IMG/VR virus record: IMGVR_UViG_3300006755_000007 | Span: 1-26,090 of that record | From: a virus | Lineage: Duplodnaviria; Caudoviricetes | Strand: one strand, 5' to 3' | Length of the DNA stretch: 26,090 bases | Part shown: positions 1-8,679 of the stretch, piece by piece | Numbering within the stretch: the first letter of the stretch is position 1 | Layout of the letters: the number at the start of each line of letters is the position of its first letter | Notes under the pieces: generated by a model | Database searches by the model: none | Seen by the model: only the letters and a program-made list of their open reading frames with translations | What the model was told of the DNA's origin: nothing | Program-made: the position numbers and the translations under genes

Positions 1-549
1 CGGCAGCGCGGCGCCCGCCGCAGCGATCCCGCCGATGCTCTTCCCGACGTTCGCGAGCGGGCCCGAGAGGCTGGAGAACAGGGACCCCAGGCGCGCGAGC
101 GCGCGGCCGCCGGAGCCGTCCCGGTCGACGTCCACCTCGATGTCCACCTCGGGCGCCGAGGCTTCCAGCTCCGCCACCAGCCCGGCAATCTCGGCGTCCA
201 AGGCGGCCACGTCCGGGTCCAGCGCCACGTCCACCTCGACGTCATCGGCGAGCTGAGAGGCCTCCCGGATGATGTCGTCCAGGTCTTCCTGGAGATTGAG
301 CAGGGACTCCAGCTCGTCGAGCCGGGCTTCCAGCTGGATGGGGTCGGCGGCCAGCTCGGCGTCAGCGATGACCGCGTCCAGGCCGTTGATCAGGTCGGCC
401 AGTGTGTCGTCAGCGTCGAGCAGCGCCTGGAGTTCGATCGCATCGGCGTCCGCCTCGGCCGCGCGCACGATCTCGGACAGCTCTCGTTCCAGCTGAGGGA
501 GGGTTTCGGCAGTCGAGATGATCAGATCGACCTCGGCCTCAGATGCCAC
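1..549 (-). CDS. Tape measure protein, N-terminal part (runs off the left edge)
   Basis: Not in the ORF track. GTG at 549 after GGGAGG; open for 183 codons (MASEAEVDLIISTAETLPQLERELSEIVRAAEADADAIELQALLD...SIGGIAAAGAALP); directly follows the tail chaperones. Confidence 0.8.
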   Translation of the reverse strand, partial: MASEAEVDLIISTAETLPQLERELSEIVRAAEADADAIELQALLDADDTLADLINGLDAVIADAELAADPIQLEARLDELESLLNLQEDLDDIIREASQLADDVEVDVALDPDVAALDAEIAGLVAELEASAPEVDIEVDVDRDGSGGRALARLGSLFSSLSGPLANVGKSIGGIAAAGAALP

Positions 550-566
550 GGTCCCTCCCTCTCACG

Positions 567-1076
567 TCACCATGCGGCCATGGCGTTCATGGTCGCTTCC
601 GGATCACTGCCCTCATCATCCCACTCATCCTCGGCGCCGCGTGGGGGCAGGGCCAGGGAGAAATCGAGCTTGGCACGCTCCTTCTGGTCCAGGCCCTTTA
701 CGTGGAGCGCGTAGGTGGCGGCGCACCACTCGCCGATGGAGCGCTGCCAGGGGTCCAGGCCGGCGAGGAGAAGGCGGCCGAGGACCTCGGTACCGGCCGA
801 GGCACTGATCAGCTTCTGTGCCTGGTACCACTTCCGGCCCACCACCTGACCCAGGATGCGGCGCCCCTCCTGCTCCATGTCGCGCACCGCCTGATAGCCC
901 TCGGCCACCCCGTCCCGGATGGCGTCCTGCCCGGCCGGGTCGGCGAGGTGGAAGACGATCAAGCTGAGCGGGTTGTGGTGCTGGATCCAGACGGCGGCCG
1001 GGGCGTAGGGGAGGTGGACTCTCCGCCCGGCCACCTCGGCTTCCAGTGCCGAGCGGGAGAGGAGATCACTCCCCAT
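567..1076 (-). CDS. Probable tail assembly chaperone (pre-tape-measure protein)
   Basis: ATG 1076 overlaps the end of the upstream ORF (MGSDLLSRSALEAEV...). Position immediately before the tape measure gene; function from synteny. Confidence 0.6.
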   Translation of the reverse strand: MGSDLLSRSALEAEVAGRRVHLPYAPAAVWIQHHNPLSLIVFHLADPAGQDAIRDGVAEGYQAVRDMEQEGRRILGQVVGRKWYQAQKLISASAGTEVLGRLLLAGLDPWQRSIGEWCAATYALHVKGLDQKERAKLDFSLALPPRGAEDEWDDEGSDPEATMNAMAAW

Positions 1077-1410
1077 CGGCGGAGGGCAGCTGACCGGCAA
1101 CGTCCAGACCGTCGGTCGACCGCTTCTCCTCGTCGGCGTTCTGCCGCTTGATCAGGCGCCCGAAGACGGCCGAGGTGATCTCCGCCTCGGTGACCTCCCG
1201 GGCCACGTAGCGATCCAGGATGGCGCCCCACTGCTCGGGGCCCGCCGAGGCGGCCAGGGCCTGCGCCAGGACCTTGAACGAGCGCAGGCCCGTCGGGTCC
1301 AGCTGCGACATGACCATGATCCGCTTGATGTCATCGGTCGGGAGTGGGGCGAAGCGGTACGCCGTGCCCTTGATCTGGATGGTGTAGTGCGTGACGTCGT
1401 CCATGGTCAC
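1066..1410 (-). CDS. Probable tail assembly chaperone
   Basis: About 112-114 aa (HYTIQIKGTAYRFAPLPTDD...) with chaperone-like N-terminus; synteny. Confidence 0.6.
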   Translation of the reverse strand: MTMDDVTHYTIQIKGTAYRFAPLPTDDIKRIMVMSQLDPTGLRSFKVLAQALAASAGPEQWGAILDRYVAREVTEAEITSAVFGRLIKRQNADEEKRSTDGLDVAGQLPSADGE

Positions 1411-1414
1411 GAGT

Positions 1415-1828
1415 CTACGACCGGGTCCGGAAGCTGTAACCCCGCTGCGCCGCCACCTCCCGGAGGGCCTGATCCAGGAACGGCCGCGCGCGCGTACCCG
1501 GGTGGTTGACCACGCGCGCGTACACGACGCGCCCGCCCACGGTGAAGCGGAGCACCCCGCCCGTACGCCTTGGGACGATCCGATGCGGCCGGGTGCCGTC
1601 GTTCACGAACCCGGCGTACTCCAGGTCGGAGCCCACGGTCAGCGAGCCCCGCAGGGAGAAGATCCGGGGCGGCTCCGCCCGGATGGAGCTACGCAGGCGA
1701 CCCGTACGAACCGGTGCCAAAACCTTGGCCCGATTCACGACCTGACGCCCCGCCTCCGTCAGTTCGCGCCGTGTCGCGTTCGTGATCGTCCTGCTCAGCG
1801 CTGCCCGGTCCAGCCTGACCCGTGCCAT
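1415..1828 (-). CDS. HK97 gp10-like neck/tail-completion protein
   Basis: Motifs APVRTGRLRSSI, YAGFVNDGT and HPGTRARPFL; RBS GAGGAGG upstream. Confidence 0.85.
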   Translation of the reverse strand: MARVRLDRAALSRTITNATRRELTEAGRQVVNRAKVLAPVRTGRLRSSIRAEPPRIFSLRGSLTVGSDLEYAGFVNDGTRPHRIVPRRTGGVLRFTVGGRVVYARVVNHPGTRARPFLDQALREVAAQRGYSFRTRS

Positions 1829-1970
1829 CACCTACCTCCTCGGCGAGTCCGGCGTTGAGCCAGCCCTGCACCCGGGGCGTGAGCTCGACCGTGGCTTCAT
1901 CCCCGACGTACATCCCATTGAACGCCGTACGGATCCGGATCCGTACGCTCTTGATCTTCGCTCGTGCCAT
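1689..1970 (-). CDS. Small hypothetical virion-module protein (C-terminal half overlaps the next gene)
   Basis: ATG 1970 lies 2 nt after the upstream stop; MARAKIKSVRIRIRTAFNGMYVGDEATVELTPRVQGWLNAGLAEEV; fills an otherwise empty gap. Confidence 0.6.
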   Translation of the reverse strand: MARAKIKSVRIRIRTAFNGMYVGDEATVELTPRVQGWLNAGLAEEVGDGTGQAGPGSAEQDDHERDTARTDGGGASGRESGQGFGTGSYGSPA

Positions 1971-1972
1971 GG

Positions 1973-2491
1973 TCAGCCTCCTGGGCAGCAGTTCTGCATG
2001 CGGATCGTCACGGTCATGGTGCCACCGATGCAGTTCCCGTCCACCCCGAGCGGCCGGTACTCCCCGACCGCCACCTCTTCGGCCACGGTGCCCTCGGTCG
2101 CGCCGAACGCACAGCAGACGGCCGCCTCCATGGAGCCCATGTCGGCGTCCAGCCGGAGGGCGGCTGCCGTCCACTGGTCCTCGGACGGGACGCCCGTGGT
2201 GGGCGCCGAGGGGGCGCAACGGACGACGCCCATCTCCAGGGTCAGGGTGCGCTCCGCTTCGAAGCAGGAGACGTTGAAGCGGTCGCCAAGCTGGCGGACG
2301 CCGGAGACCCCCTGGATGCGGACCCAGGCCAGGCCTTCGCAGCACTCGTCACGGCTGGTGCCCAGGAGCGGGGTTACCTCGGCCCCGGCGCGCAGCATGA
2401 CGTGCTCCGGGGCGATCGGGGCGGGGCCGGCCGCCAGCGAGGCTTCCAGGCAGGCCAGGAGGTCCTGGGCGAGGATGATGGCGTTGGTCAT
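1973..2491 (-). CDS. Probable tail terminator / head-tail connector protein
   Basis: ATGA overlap with the upstream gene; MTNAIILAQDLLACL...CCEGLAWVR...LEMGVVRC...GNCIGG, typical of actinophage connector genes. Confidence 0.65.
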   Translation of the reverse strand: MTNAIILAQDLLACLEASLAAGPAPIAPEHVMLRAGAEVTPLLGTSRDECCEGLAWVRIQGVSGVRQLGDRFNVSCFEAERTLTLEMGVVRCAPSAPTTGVPSEDQWTAAALRLDADMGSMEAAVCCAFGATEGTVAEEVAVGEYRPLGVDGNCIGGTMTVTIRMQNCCPGG

Positions 2492-3336
2492 GAGACGTTG
2501 TACCTCGGTCCGACCAGGTCTGACGAGTAGACGCGCGAGCGCTGCGCCTTGGCCTGCGGGTTGACCGAGCGCAGCCACAGATCCGCCTGCGCCACGCCGG
2601 TCAACCCGTTCTCCAGCAGCTGCGCCGGGTCCACCACCTCGACCTGCACCCCGTTGCGCGTCAGGGACTGAAGCTGAGCAGGCAGCGCGCACTCGGCCCC
2701 GGCGCAGGCCTTCGCGAATTCGGCCGCCAGGAACCCGGCGGCGATCTGCCCGGCCCGGGGAACGGCGATGCCCTTGCGGTACGTGATCGAGAACGTGCCG
2801 GCCTCGGTGTCGGGCAGCTCCATGTCCTGGCACTTCGGCCAGCACCCGCCATCGGTGCGGACCAGCACCGGAATGCCCTTCCAGGAGTCCAGGCGGTACG
2901 CCGTGGAGGACAGCTCGACTCCGTCCACCATCACCTGGTCCACCGTGGCCACGGGGCCTTCGAGCGGGACCTCGCAGCGGGCCCGGCAGGAGCATGAGCC
3001 CATGCAGCCGCAGTTGCGCCACGTCCCACCGTCGATCCACGGCACCATCCACGGGCCCAGCGCGCCCGTCTGGCCCTGCGAGGTGACCGGGAAGGTCATG
3101 TAGCCGCCGACGTTGCCACACTGCGGCGCGCAGGGGCGCAGACGGATGGAGCAGGGGCCGTACTGCCGGCCCGACAACGCCCAGAGGGTGTACGCGGCCC
3201 ACGTCGTGGCGGCGGCGCGCACCTCGGCGCTGTAGTCGGCCCACCCCGGCGCGCAGGTGACTTCGACGGGCCACTCGCACGGGCCCTGCTCCGGGCTGGA
3301 GACCGGGCCCGGGATGGCGGCGTTGATGGCGGGCAT
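2488..3336 (-). CDS. Head-to-tail adaptor protein
   Basis: 282 aa, Cys-rich; LWALSGRQYG, WPKCQD and SLTRNGV...TGVAQADLW motifs resemble mycobacteriophage cluster B-type adaptors; RBS GAGGA. Confidence 0.75.
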   Translation of the reverse strand: MPAINAAIPGPVSSPEQGPCEWPVEVTCAPGWADYSAEVRAAATTWAAYTLWALSGRQYGPCSIRLRPCAPQCGNVGGYMTFPVTSQGQTGALGPWMVPWIDGGTWRNCGCMGSCSCRARCEVPLEGPVATVDQVMVDGVELSSTAYRLDSWKGIPVLVRTDGGCWPKCQDMELPDTEAGTFSITYRKGIAVPRAGQIAAGFLAAEFAKACAGAECALPAQLQSLTRNGVQVEVVDPAQLLENGLTGVAQADLWLRSVNPQAKAQRSRVYSSDLVGPRYNVS

Positions 3337-3344
3337 CGGTCCTC

Positions 3345-4019
3345 CTAGGTGAGCTGGACGGTCAGGGCTACACCCTGGTCGGTCCCGTCCGGCGTGCCGA
3401 AGCTGGCGGGCAGCGCACCGCCGATGCCGTCACGGTAGTACGCGTTGCGGTTGGCGGCGATCGTCGGGGAGGACGGGGCGATCATCGGGTCCCAGGTCGA
3501 GCGAGTGGTGACGCCGAGGTTGAGCAGCCCGCCCTGCCGCCCGCAGACCAGGTAGTGCAGGACCGGCCGCACGGCGACCGGCGTGGGTGTGATCTGTCGG
3601 GTGCCGAGGATGCCGGAGTCGATGACCCCGAAGTCGGCGACGAGCGTCGTCGGGAGCACGCCGTCCGAGGTGTACAACCCCATGCGCAGGTTGCCGCCGA
3701 TGAGCGCGAGCGTGGTGTTGCAGGCGATGGAGGTGAGGGTGCACTTGCGGCCCGGCCAGAAGGGCATGGCGAACATGCGGCCGTCCGGCACGTTGGCCGA
3801 GGCGGCGTTGCCGTAGGCCGGCACGTTGTGCCAGAAGCCGGAACGCACGGTCGGCACGTTGCCGGTGGGGCCGATGGTCAGCTGCTCGCCGGAGAGGCCG
3901 TCGCTGGCACGGATCTGCCCGAGGTCGCTCCTGTACCACGTGTCCCCCGACTGGGGTGAAGCGGGGGGTGTGGTGACGTTCAGGAGGCGGAGCAGGGCCC
4001 CCATGCGACGGCCGCTCAT
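3345..4019 (-). CDS. Fibre-like / minor structural protein
   Basis: TGATG coupling; PASPQSGDTWY fibre-type motif followed by a beta-rich domain. Confidence 0.6.
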   Translation of the reverse strand: MSGRRMGALLRLLNVTTPPASPQSGDTWYRSDLGQIRASDGLSGEQLTIGPTGNVPTVRSGFWHNVPAYGNAASANVPDGRMFAMPFWPGRKCTLTSIACNTTLALIGGNLRMGLYTSDGVLPTTLVADFGVIDSGILGTRQITPTPVAVRPVLHYLVCGRQGGLLNLGVTTRSTWDPMIAPSSPTIAANRNAYYRDGIGGALPASFGTPDGTDQGVALTVQLT

Positions 4020-4363
4020 CAGCGGACCGGGATGGCGGAGACGCGGAACTGACCCGAGGTCGGGACGAACCCGAACGTGACGCTGAAGCTGTTGATGCCG
4101 ATGGCCGTCACTTCGACGTTGTACTCCTGACCGGAGGAGACCTCGGCCACGCGCGTCACGAAGTCGTCCTTGTTCGCCAGAGCGAAGTTGTGGGTGATCG
4201 TGAACGTCTGGAGCACTCCGTCCCCGACGAGCACCGAGAAGCCGTCCGCAAAGGCGTTCAGCTGGTTGACGTTCACCGCGTCGGTTCCGGCGACGCCGGG
4301 AGCCAGCTCGGTGATCTTGTTGCCGTTCATGTCAATCTGCTGGCCGAACTGCACGCCGGACAT
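4019..4363 (-). CDS. Small fibre-like structural protein with YadA-stalk/HIM-like motif
   Basis: IDMNGNKITELAPGVAGTDAVNVNQL followed by a FTITHNF...SVTF beta domain; RBS GAGGAGG. Confidence 0.65.
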   Translation of the reverse strand: MSGVQFGQQIDMNGNKITELAPGVAGTDAVNVNQLNAFADGFSVLVGDGVLQTFTITHNFALANKDDFVTRVAEVSSGQEYNVEVTAIGINSFSVTFGFVPTSGQFRVSAIPVR

Positions 4364-4367
4364 GGGG

Positions 4368-4835
4368 CTACCTCCTCAGGTACGCGACGCCCGCCGTGGG
4401 CGTCGCAAAGGTGATCGTCAGGTTGTCGTCGTCCATGTACGCGACCTCACCGAACGTCTGTTCGTTGCCCAGGTCGATGGTGAGGACGGCGGGGAAGCTG
4501 TTCAGACCGTGCATGATCACCCAGGTGGTGGCGGCCACCGGCTGGTCCCACTGGAACGTGGACGGCCAGACGTGGGTGAGGCCAGGATCCAGGTCGACGA
4601 TCACGTAGAACGCCTGACCGTTGACCCTGACCCAGTAGTCCCCGTTCTGCACCCAGAAGTCCAGGTAGCCCGAAGCGTCCGTGTTGACCGGGTTCGGGAG
4701 CGGGGTCACGCCGCCCGAGTCGGCGAACAGCGGAGCGTGGATGTTGGAGAACCTGGGGAAGACGTGCGCCGGAACGTTGACGGCCAGCGACTCATCGTCG
4801 TACCAGTACTGCTCCCGGTAGCGGGCAAGGGGCAT
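4368..4835 (-). CDS. Fibre-like structural protein (virion-attachment-type N-domain plus small beta domain)
   Basis: ATG 4835 after GGAGG; NPVNTDASGYLDFW motif and C-terminal WVIMHGLN...LTITFATPTAGVAYL. Confidence 0.6.
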   Translation of the reverse strand: MPLARYREQYWYDDESLAVNVPAHVFPRFSNIHAPLFADSGGVTPLPNPVNTDASGYLDFWVQNGDYWVRVNGQAFYVIVDLDPGLTHVWPSTFQWDQPVAATTWVIMHGLNSFPAVLTIDLGNEQTFGEVAYMDDDNLTITFATPTAGVAYLRR

Positions 4836-4853
4836 GAGGGACCTCCCCCGTAG

Positions 4854-4887
4854 GGGCCCGGCCGCCCCCTCGAAAGCGGCCGGGCCC
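4854..4887 (-). terminator. GC-rich hairpin after the major tail gene (terminator/attenuator)
   Basis: Perfect 12-bp stem GGGCCCGGCCGC/GCGGCCGGGCCC with 10-nt loop, 12 nt past the stop codon. Confidence 0.7.
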
Positions 4888-4899
4888 ACCAGGTACAGA

Positions 4900-5604
4900 C
4901 TACGGCGCCGGAGTCAGCACCGTGGCACCGCAGGTCGGGGTGGGGAGCGGAGCGCTCGTCACCTCGAAGTGCATCGCCGTGGTCGGGCCGATGGCCGTCA
5001 CCAGCTTCTCGATCGTGGCCGGAACAGTGGCGTCACGACGGACCAGGTACGGGCCCGTGCCCCACTGAGAGTTGAAGACGGCGCGCGCCGTCCAGGTGAA
5101 CGTCAGGGCGCCGTTCTCGTGGGTCCACTCGCCCCACTGCGCGTCCTTGACCCAGGGGAACAGGAAGTACCCGTAGTTCGTGAAGCCGCCCGCCGTGCAC
5201 GCCTGGCCGGTGACGCCCTCCCAGATTTCCAGGCCGAAGTTGGCCGACCCGGAGACAGCGCCGTCGATGCGGAAGCCGATGTTGTTCGGCGTCGGGCTCG
5301 CGTCGTCGACGACGATGGGGTCACCCGTCACCAGGTTGATCATCGTGGGGTCGACGGTGCAGACGTTCAGCTCGATGTCGAGCCAGCGCAGCGCGACCGG
5401 CGAGCGGTCGTCGATGCAGAGGTCACCGTTCGCGTCCTGCTGGGTGATCTCTTCGGTGTCGGCATAGTTCGGGGTGATAGTGCCCGAAATGAACGCCTTG
5501 GCCGTCAGGGTGCCGCCAGCGCCACTGACCACGGCGCCACAGGAGTCCAGCTTGGTGATGCGCAGCATCTTTCCCCGGGCCAGGGACACGCAGGTCGTGG
5601 CCAT
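4900..5604 (-). CDS. Major tail (tube) protein
   Basis: 234 aa; RGKMLRITKLDSCG, ANGDLCI and YGYFLFPW motifs of actinophage tail tube proteins; followed by a hairpin. Confidence 0.85.
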   Translation of the reverse strand: MATTCVSLARGKMLRITKLDSCGAVVSGAGGTLTAKAFISGTITPNYADTEEITQQDANGDLCIDDRSPVALRWLDIELNVCTVDPTMINLVTGDPIVVDDASPTPNNIGFRIDGAVSGSANFGLEIWEGVTGQACTAGGFTNYGYFLFPWVKDAQWGEWTHENGALTFTWTARAVFNSQWGTGPYLVRRDATVPATIEKLVTAIGPTTAMHFEVTSAPLPTPTCGATVLTPAP

Positions 5605-5822
5605 TACTCGTCACCTTCCTTCTTGCTACGGCGCCGCGCACGCGCAGGCTCCTGCGGGGACTCGCTCGCGTACCTGCGTGCGAGGTAGGGCGGAATGCGG
5701 AACTCGGTCCCGCCCGCCTGGGTCATCACGTCGGCCGGGTCGTCGGCCAGGGACAGCAGCTCGCGCGCCGTCGCCTGCACCTCTCCGGCCGCCGGGATCA
5801 CGGTGGTCCAGTCGTCGTTCAT
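5604..5822 (-). CDS. Small hypothetical protein (72 aa)
   Basis: MNDDWTTVIPAAGEVQATARELLSLADDPADV...; TAATG coupling to the major tail gene. Confidence 0.65.
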   Translation of the reverse strand: MNDDWTTVIPAAGEVQATARELLSLADDPADVMTQAGGTEFRIPPYLARRYASESPQEPARARRRSKKEGDE

Positions 5823-5824
5823 CG

Positions 5825-6694
5825 CTACACCGGGGCCGGGGTTGCTGCGGTGGCCGGAGCCGCAATGGGCACCTGGACGGCGAACACGGTGTCGCAGATC
5901 CAGGCGTGGGCGTAGACGGTCTCGGCCAGGGCCATCCACTGGTTGTTCGTACGGTCCAGGGTCTGGACCGGGTCGGGCTGGTTGACCGCCGAGGACCACA
6001 GATAGACCTGCGGGGTCATGAACGCCCAGACGAAGCCGGCCGCCGGGGCCGCCGCCGCCGGGCCGGTGATGCCGTACCCGGCGCCGAGCGAGACGTTCGA
6101 GCCCAGGGGCGTCTTCCAGATGCCGACCTCCTGGCGGTCAAGCACTTCGCCGTAGGCGAGAGCGCCCGTCGCGCGCTGGTTGACGTGGATGGTGCCCACG
6201 TAGCCGTGCGCGTCGTAGAACGCCTCCTCCAGGGCGCTGATGGCCGCCCCGGCCCCTGCGGCCGTCGGGACCACGATCGTGGCTCCAGCGGTCGTCAGAG
6301 CCGGGTTCTGACCGGCCAGGCCGCCGCCCGTCCAGACGACGTTCTCCACGGCGTGCTGCGCCCCGGCGTTGTACCGGGCCGCGACCCGGCGCCGGACGTC
6401 GTCCGCCGTGGTGCCGACCGTGCCGCACTGATAGCTCGCGATGAGCCAGTACGGCGAGGCGTCCACAATGGGCGTGCCCGGCGTGAACGCCTTGGCGTCG
6501 TGCGGGGCGGCGCAGGTGGGGTTGTACGGCACGACCTGGATGCCGCAGTCCTCGGCCACGAACTGGAGCCCCGAGGCGATGACACGCTCCCCGACCTCCC
6601 CGGCGCGCGAGGCGACGGTAAAGAGGCCGTAGCGCGTCGCAGGGTGCTGCGGTGCCCGGATCTCGTGCTCGTTGTTGGTGATGATCACTGCCAT
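5825..6694 (-). CDS. Second capsid protein (putative major capsid pentamer protein)
   Basis: 289 aa directly after the major capsid gene; P..YGLF N-terminus, GYVGTIH, TPLGS..SLGAGY and DRTNN...LAE motifs as in cluster B-like actinophages; RBS GGAGGGAGG. Confidence 0.65.
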   Translation of the reverse strand: MAVIITNNEHEIRAPQHPATRYGLFTVASRAGEVGERVIASGLQFVAEDCGIQVVPYNPTCAAPHDAKAFTPGTPIVDASPYWLIASYQCGTVGTTADDVRRRVAARYNAGAQHAVENVVWTGGGLAGQNPALTTAGATIVVPTAAGAGAAISALEEAFYDAHGYVGTIHVNQRATGALAYGEVLDRQEVGIWKTPLGSNVSLGAGYGITGPAAAAPAAGFVWAFMTPQVYLWSSAVNQPDPVQTLDRTNNQWMALAETVYAHAWICDTVFAVQVPIAAPATAATPAPV

Positions 6695-6719
6695 GTCTGT
6701 CCCTCCCTCCGCTCTGAGG

Positions 6720-6757
6720 GGTGGCGCCCGCCACAGGGACGACGAGCGGGCGCCACC
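6720..6757 (-). terminator. Hairpin between the two capsid genes
   Basis: Perfect 12-bp stem GGTGGCGCCCGC/GCGGGCGCCACC with 14-nt loop, 15 nt after the major capsid stop. Confidence 0.65.
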
Positions 6758-6772
6758 GGTTCAGGGGGTGGG

Positions 6773-8518
6773 TCAGGCGGCCGGAGCCACGCAGGAGCTG
6801 TAGACCTGGTGGCCGGTCGCGCCGGACGGGCAGGCCTGGGCGGTGTACAGCTTGATCTCGCCGCAGGGGTAGATCGGGGCGTAGCCCTCCTCGGTGAACA
6901 GAGCCGTGTACAGGTTCTGCTTGAGGTTGGTGCTGTCGTAGACGTTGGTCAGGGTGATCACGTCTTCGCGCAGCAGCACGACCGCGCCGGCCGGGTAGAT
7001 CAGGAACTGCACGGTGTTCGGGAACGCGGTCAGGAACGTGATCGGGGCGGTGATGTCGCCCGGGCCCGTCGCGAGGCCGGACGGGTTGTCCTGCCAGTCG
7101 CGCACGAACTGGGGGCGGATGTTGCGGGTCGAGAACCAGCTCATGATCGTGGAGTTGGCCAACGCGAACGGGTCGGCGTGCCAGGCGTTGCGGCGGCCGA
7201 TGTCGGCGCGCCACTGCGCCAGGATCCACTGCGGCAGGACGATCTCCAGGACCTGGTTCTCGGACATGTGCGCCCGGTACCGCATGTCGATGGCGGCGAT
7301 GTCCACGGCGGCCAGGATGCTGGACACGGCGGAGGCATCGGGAGTCTGGCCGGTGGCCGCAGCGCCCTGCGGCGGGATGACCACGGCCGCGCCGGCCTGC
7401 GTCACCATCTGGGCGATGATGTCGCGGTTGACGTTGACCTCGTGCTTGAGCGTCAGGCCGTCGATCAGGGTCGCGACGTTCTCCCGGTAGCCGACATCCT
7501 GAAGGAAGCTGCCGGTGATGCAGGTGACGGCGACGTCCATGCGGCGGTCGGTGAAGACGGGGCAGGGCAGCTCGGTGCAGTTCTTCGGGGTGTCGGCGAT
7601 GACCTGCGCCTCGGTCAGCTTCGTGAACGAGGTGAGGGTGGCGTCGTTGATCTGCGCCCAGGACCAGTAGTTCGTGTAGTTCACGCCGCCTCGGGGGGCA
7701 GACATGGTCGGGAGGTCGATGAGACCGTCCGAGGTCCACAGGGAGCAGAGGTCATAACGGTTCTCGGACGGCGCACACCAGCCGGCCGCCGCCGTCAGAG
7801 CGCCCATGGACGGGCCACCCTCGTTGACGCTCTTCTCCCAGGCGCGCATGAGGGATCCGCCTTCCAGGCGGCTCTGGTTGCGCACGTCGTTGATCACCTG
7901 GGCGTCGGTCTCACGGTTGCCCGTGGCCCGGTGCTCACGCTCCCTGGTGAACTGCGCGAGCGCGCGCTCGGCACGGATGCCGCCGCCGACCCGGCTGGAG
8001 CCGAACTGGGCGAAGAGGCGAACCGAGGCCTCGCCGATCTCGCGCACGGTGGCCTCTTCGCCGACCGAGCGGCGCAGGACGCCCGCAGCGTCGGAGGAAA
8101 GGGCGGTCAGGACGCGGTCCCGACGGGTGGTGGCCACGGGCTCGACGACCGGAACGGCCACAGGGGGTTGTGCGGCCATCTGAGCGACGCTGGGGACCTC
8201 GGGGACCACCTCGGCCTCTACGGCCGCCACAGGGGCCGCCACGGGGCGCACGGAGGGAATCTCGGGGACGGTCACGCTGGCGAACGCGTCGCGCTGCGCC
8301 TGGGCCGCCTCTGCGGCCGCCGTACGCGCTGCGCCCTCGGCCTGGAGCAGGGGGAGCCGCTCGGCGAGGGTGGCGAACTCGGCAGCCTCCTCGGCGGTGT
8401 GCTGCTCCTGGGCGGCCAGGGCGGTGCCGCGCTCGGCGACGCGGGTGAACTCGGCGGCGAACGCCGCGTCGTCCAGGGTCGTGGGGTCGAAGACCTCGGG
8501 GGTGATCTCGTCGGGCAT
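6773..8518 (-). CDS. Major capsid (hexamer) protein with N-terminal scaffold-like extension
   Basis: 581 aa; Ala/Glu-rich coiled-coil N-terminus; LTAAAGWCAPSENRYDL, RGGV and KNCTELPCP motifs; RBS GAGGAGG. Confidence 0.88.
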   Translation of the reverse strand: MPDEITPEVFDPTTLDDAAFAAEFTRVAERGTALAAQEQHTAEEAAEFATLAERLPLLQAEGAARTAAAEAAQAQRDAFASVTVPEIPSVRPVAAPVAAVEAEVVPEVPSVAQMAAQPPVAVPVVEPVATTRRDRVLTALSSDAAGVLRRSVGEEATVREIGEASVRLFAQFGSSRVGGGIRAERALAQFTREREHRATGNRETDAQVINDVRNQSRLEGGSLMRAWEKSVNEGGPSMGALTAAAGWCAPSENRYDLCSLWTSDGLIDLPTMSAPRGGVNYTNYWSWAQINDATLTSFTKLTEAQVIADTPKNCTELPCPVFTDRRMDVAVTCITGSFLQDVGYRENVATLIDGLTLKHEVNVNRDIIAQMVTQAGAAVVIPPQGAAATGQTPDASAVSSILAAVDIAAIDMRYRAHMSENQVLEIVLPQWILAQWRADIGRRNAWHADPFALANSTIMSWFSTRNIRPQFVRDWQDNPSGLATGPGDITAPITFLTAFPNTVQFLIYPAGAVVLLREDVITLTNVYDSTNLKQNLYTALFTEEGYAPIYPCGEIKLYTAQACPSGATGHQVYSSCVAPAA

Positions 8519-8679
8519 CGCTGGCCTCCTCGGGCGCAGGACGGATGGTGGACACGTCTTGCGGCCCGGCTCTCAGCTCAGCGGCCACGTACTGATCACA
8601 GAGTAAGGCATCGGTCAATGGTGACTCTGTGTAGACAATGCGCAGTGTAGTCGCGTGGACTACAGAGAGTGCCTAGTCG

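Noticed and set aside
5474-8650. 1058-aa ORF on the + strand
   Set aside because: Antisense shadow of the capsid genes; long stop-free reverse frames are expected in GC-rich coding DNA; no recognisable motifs.
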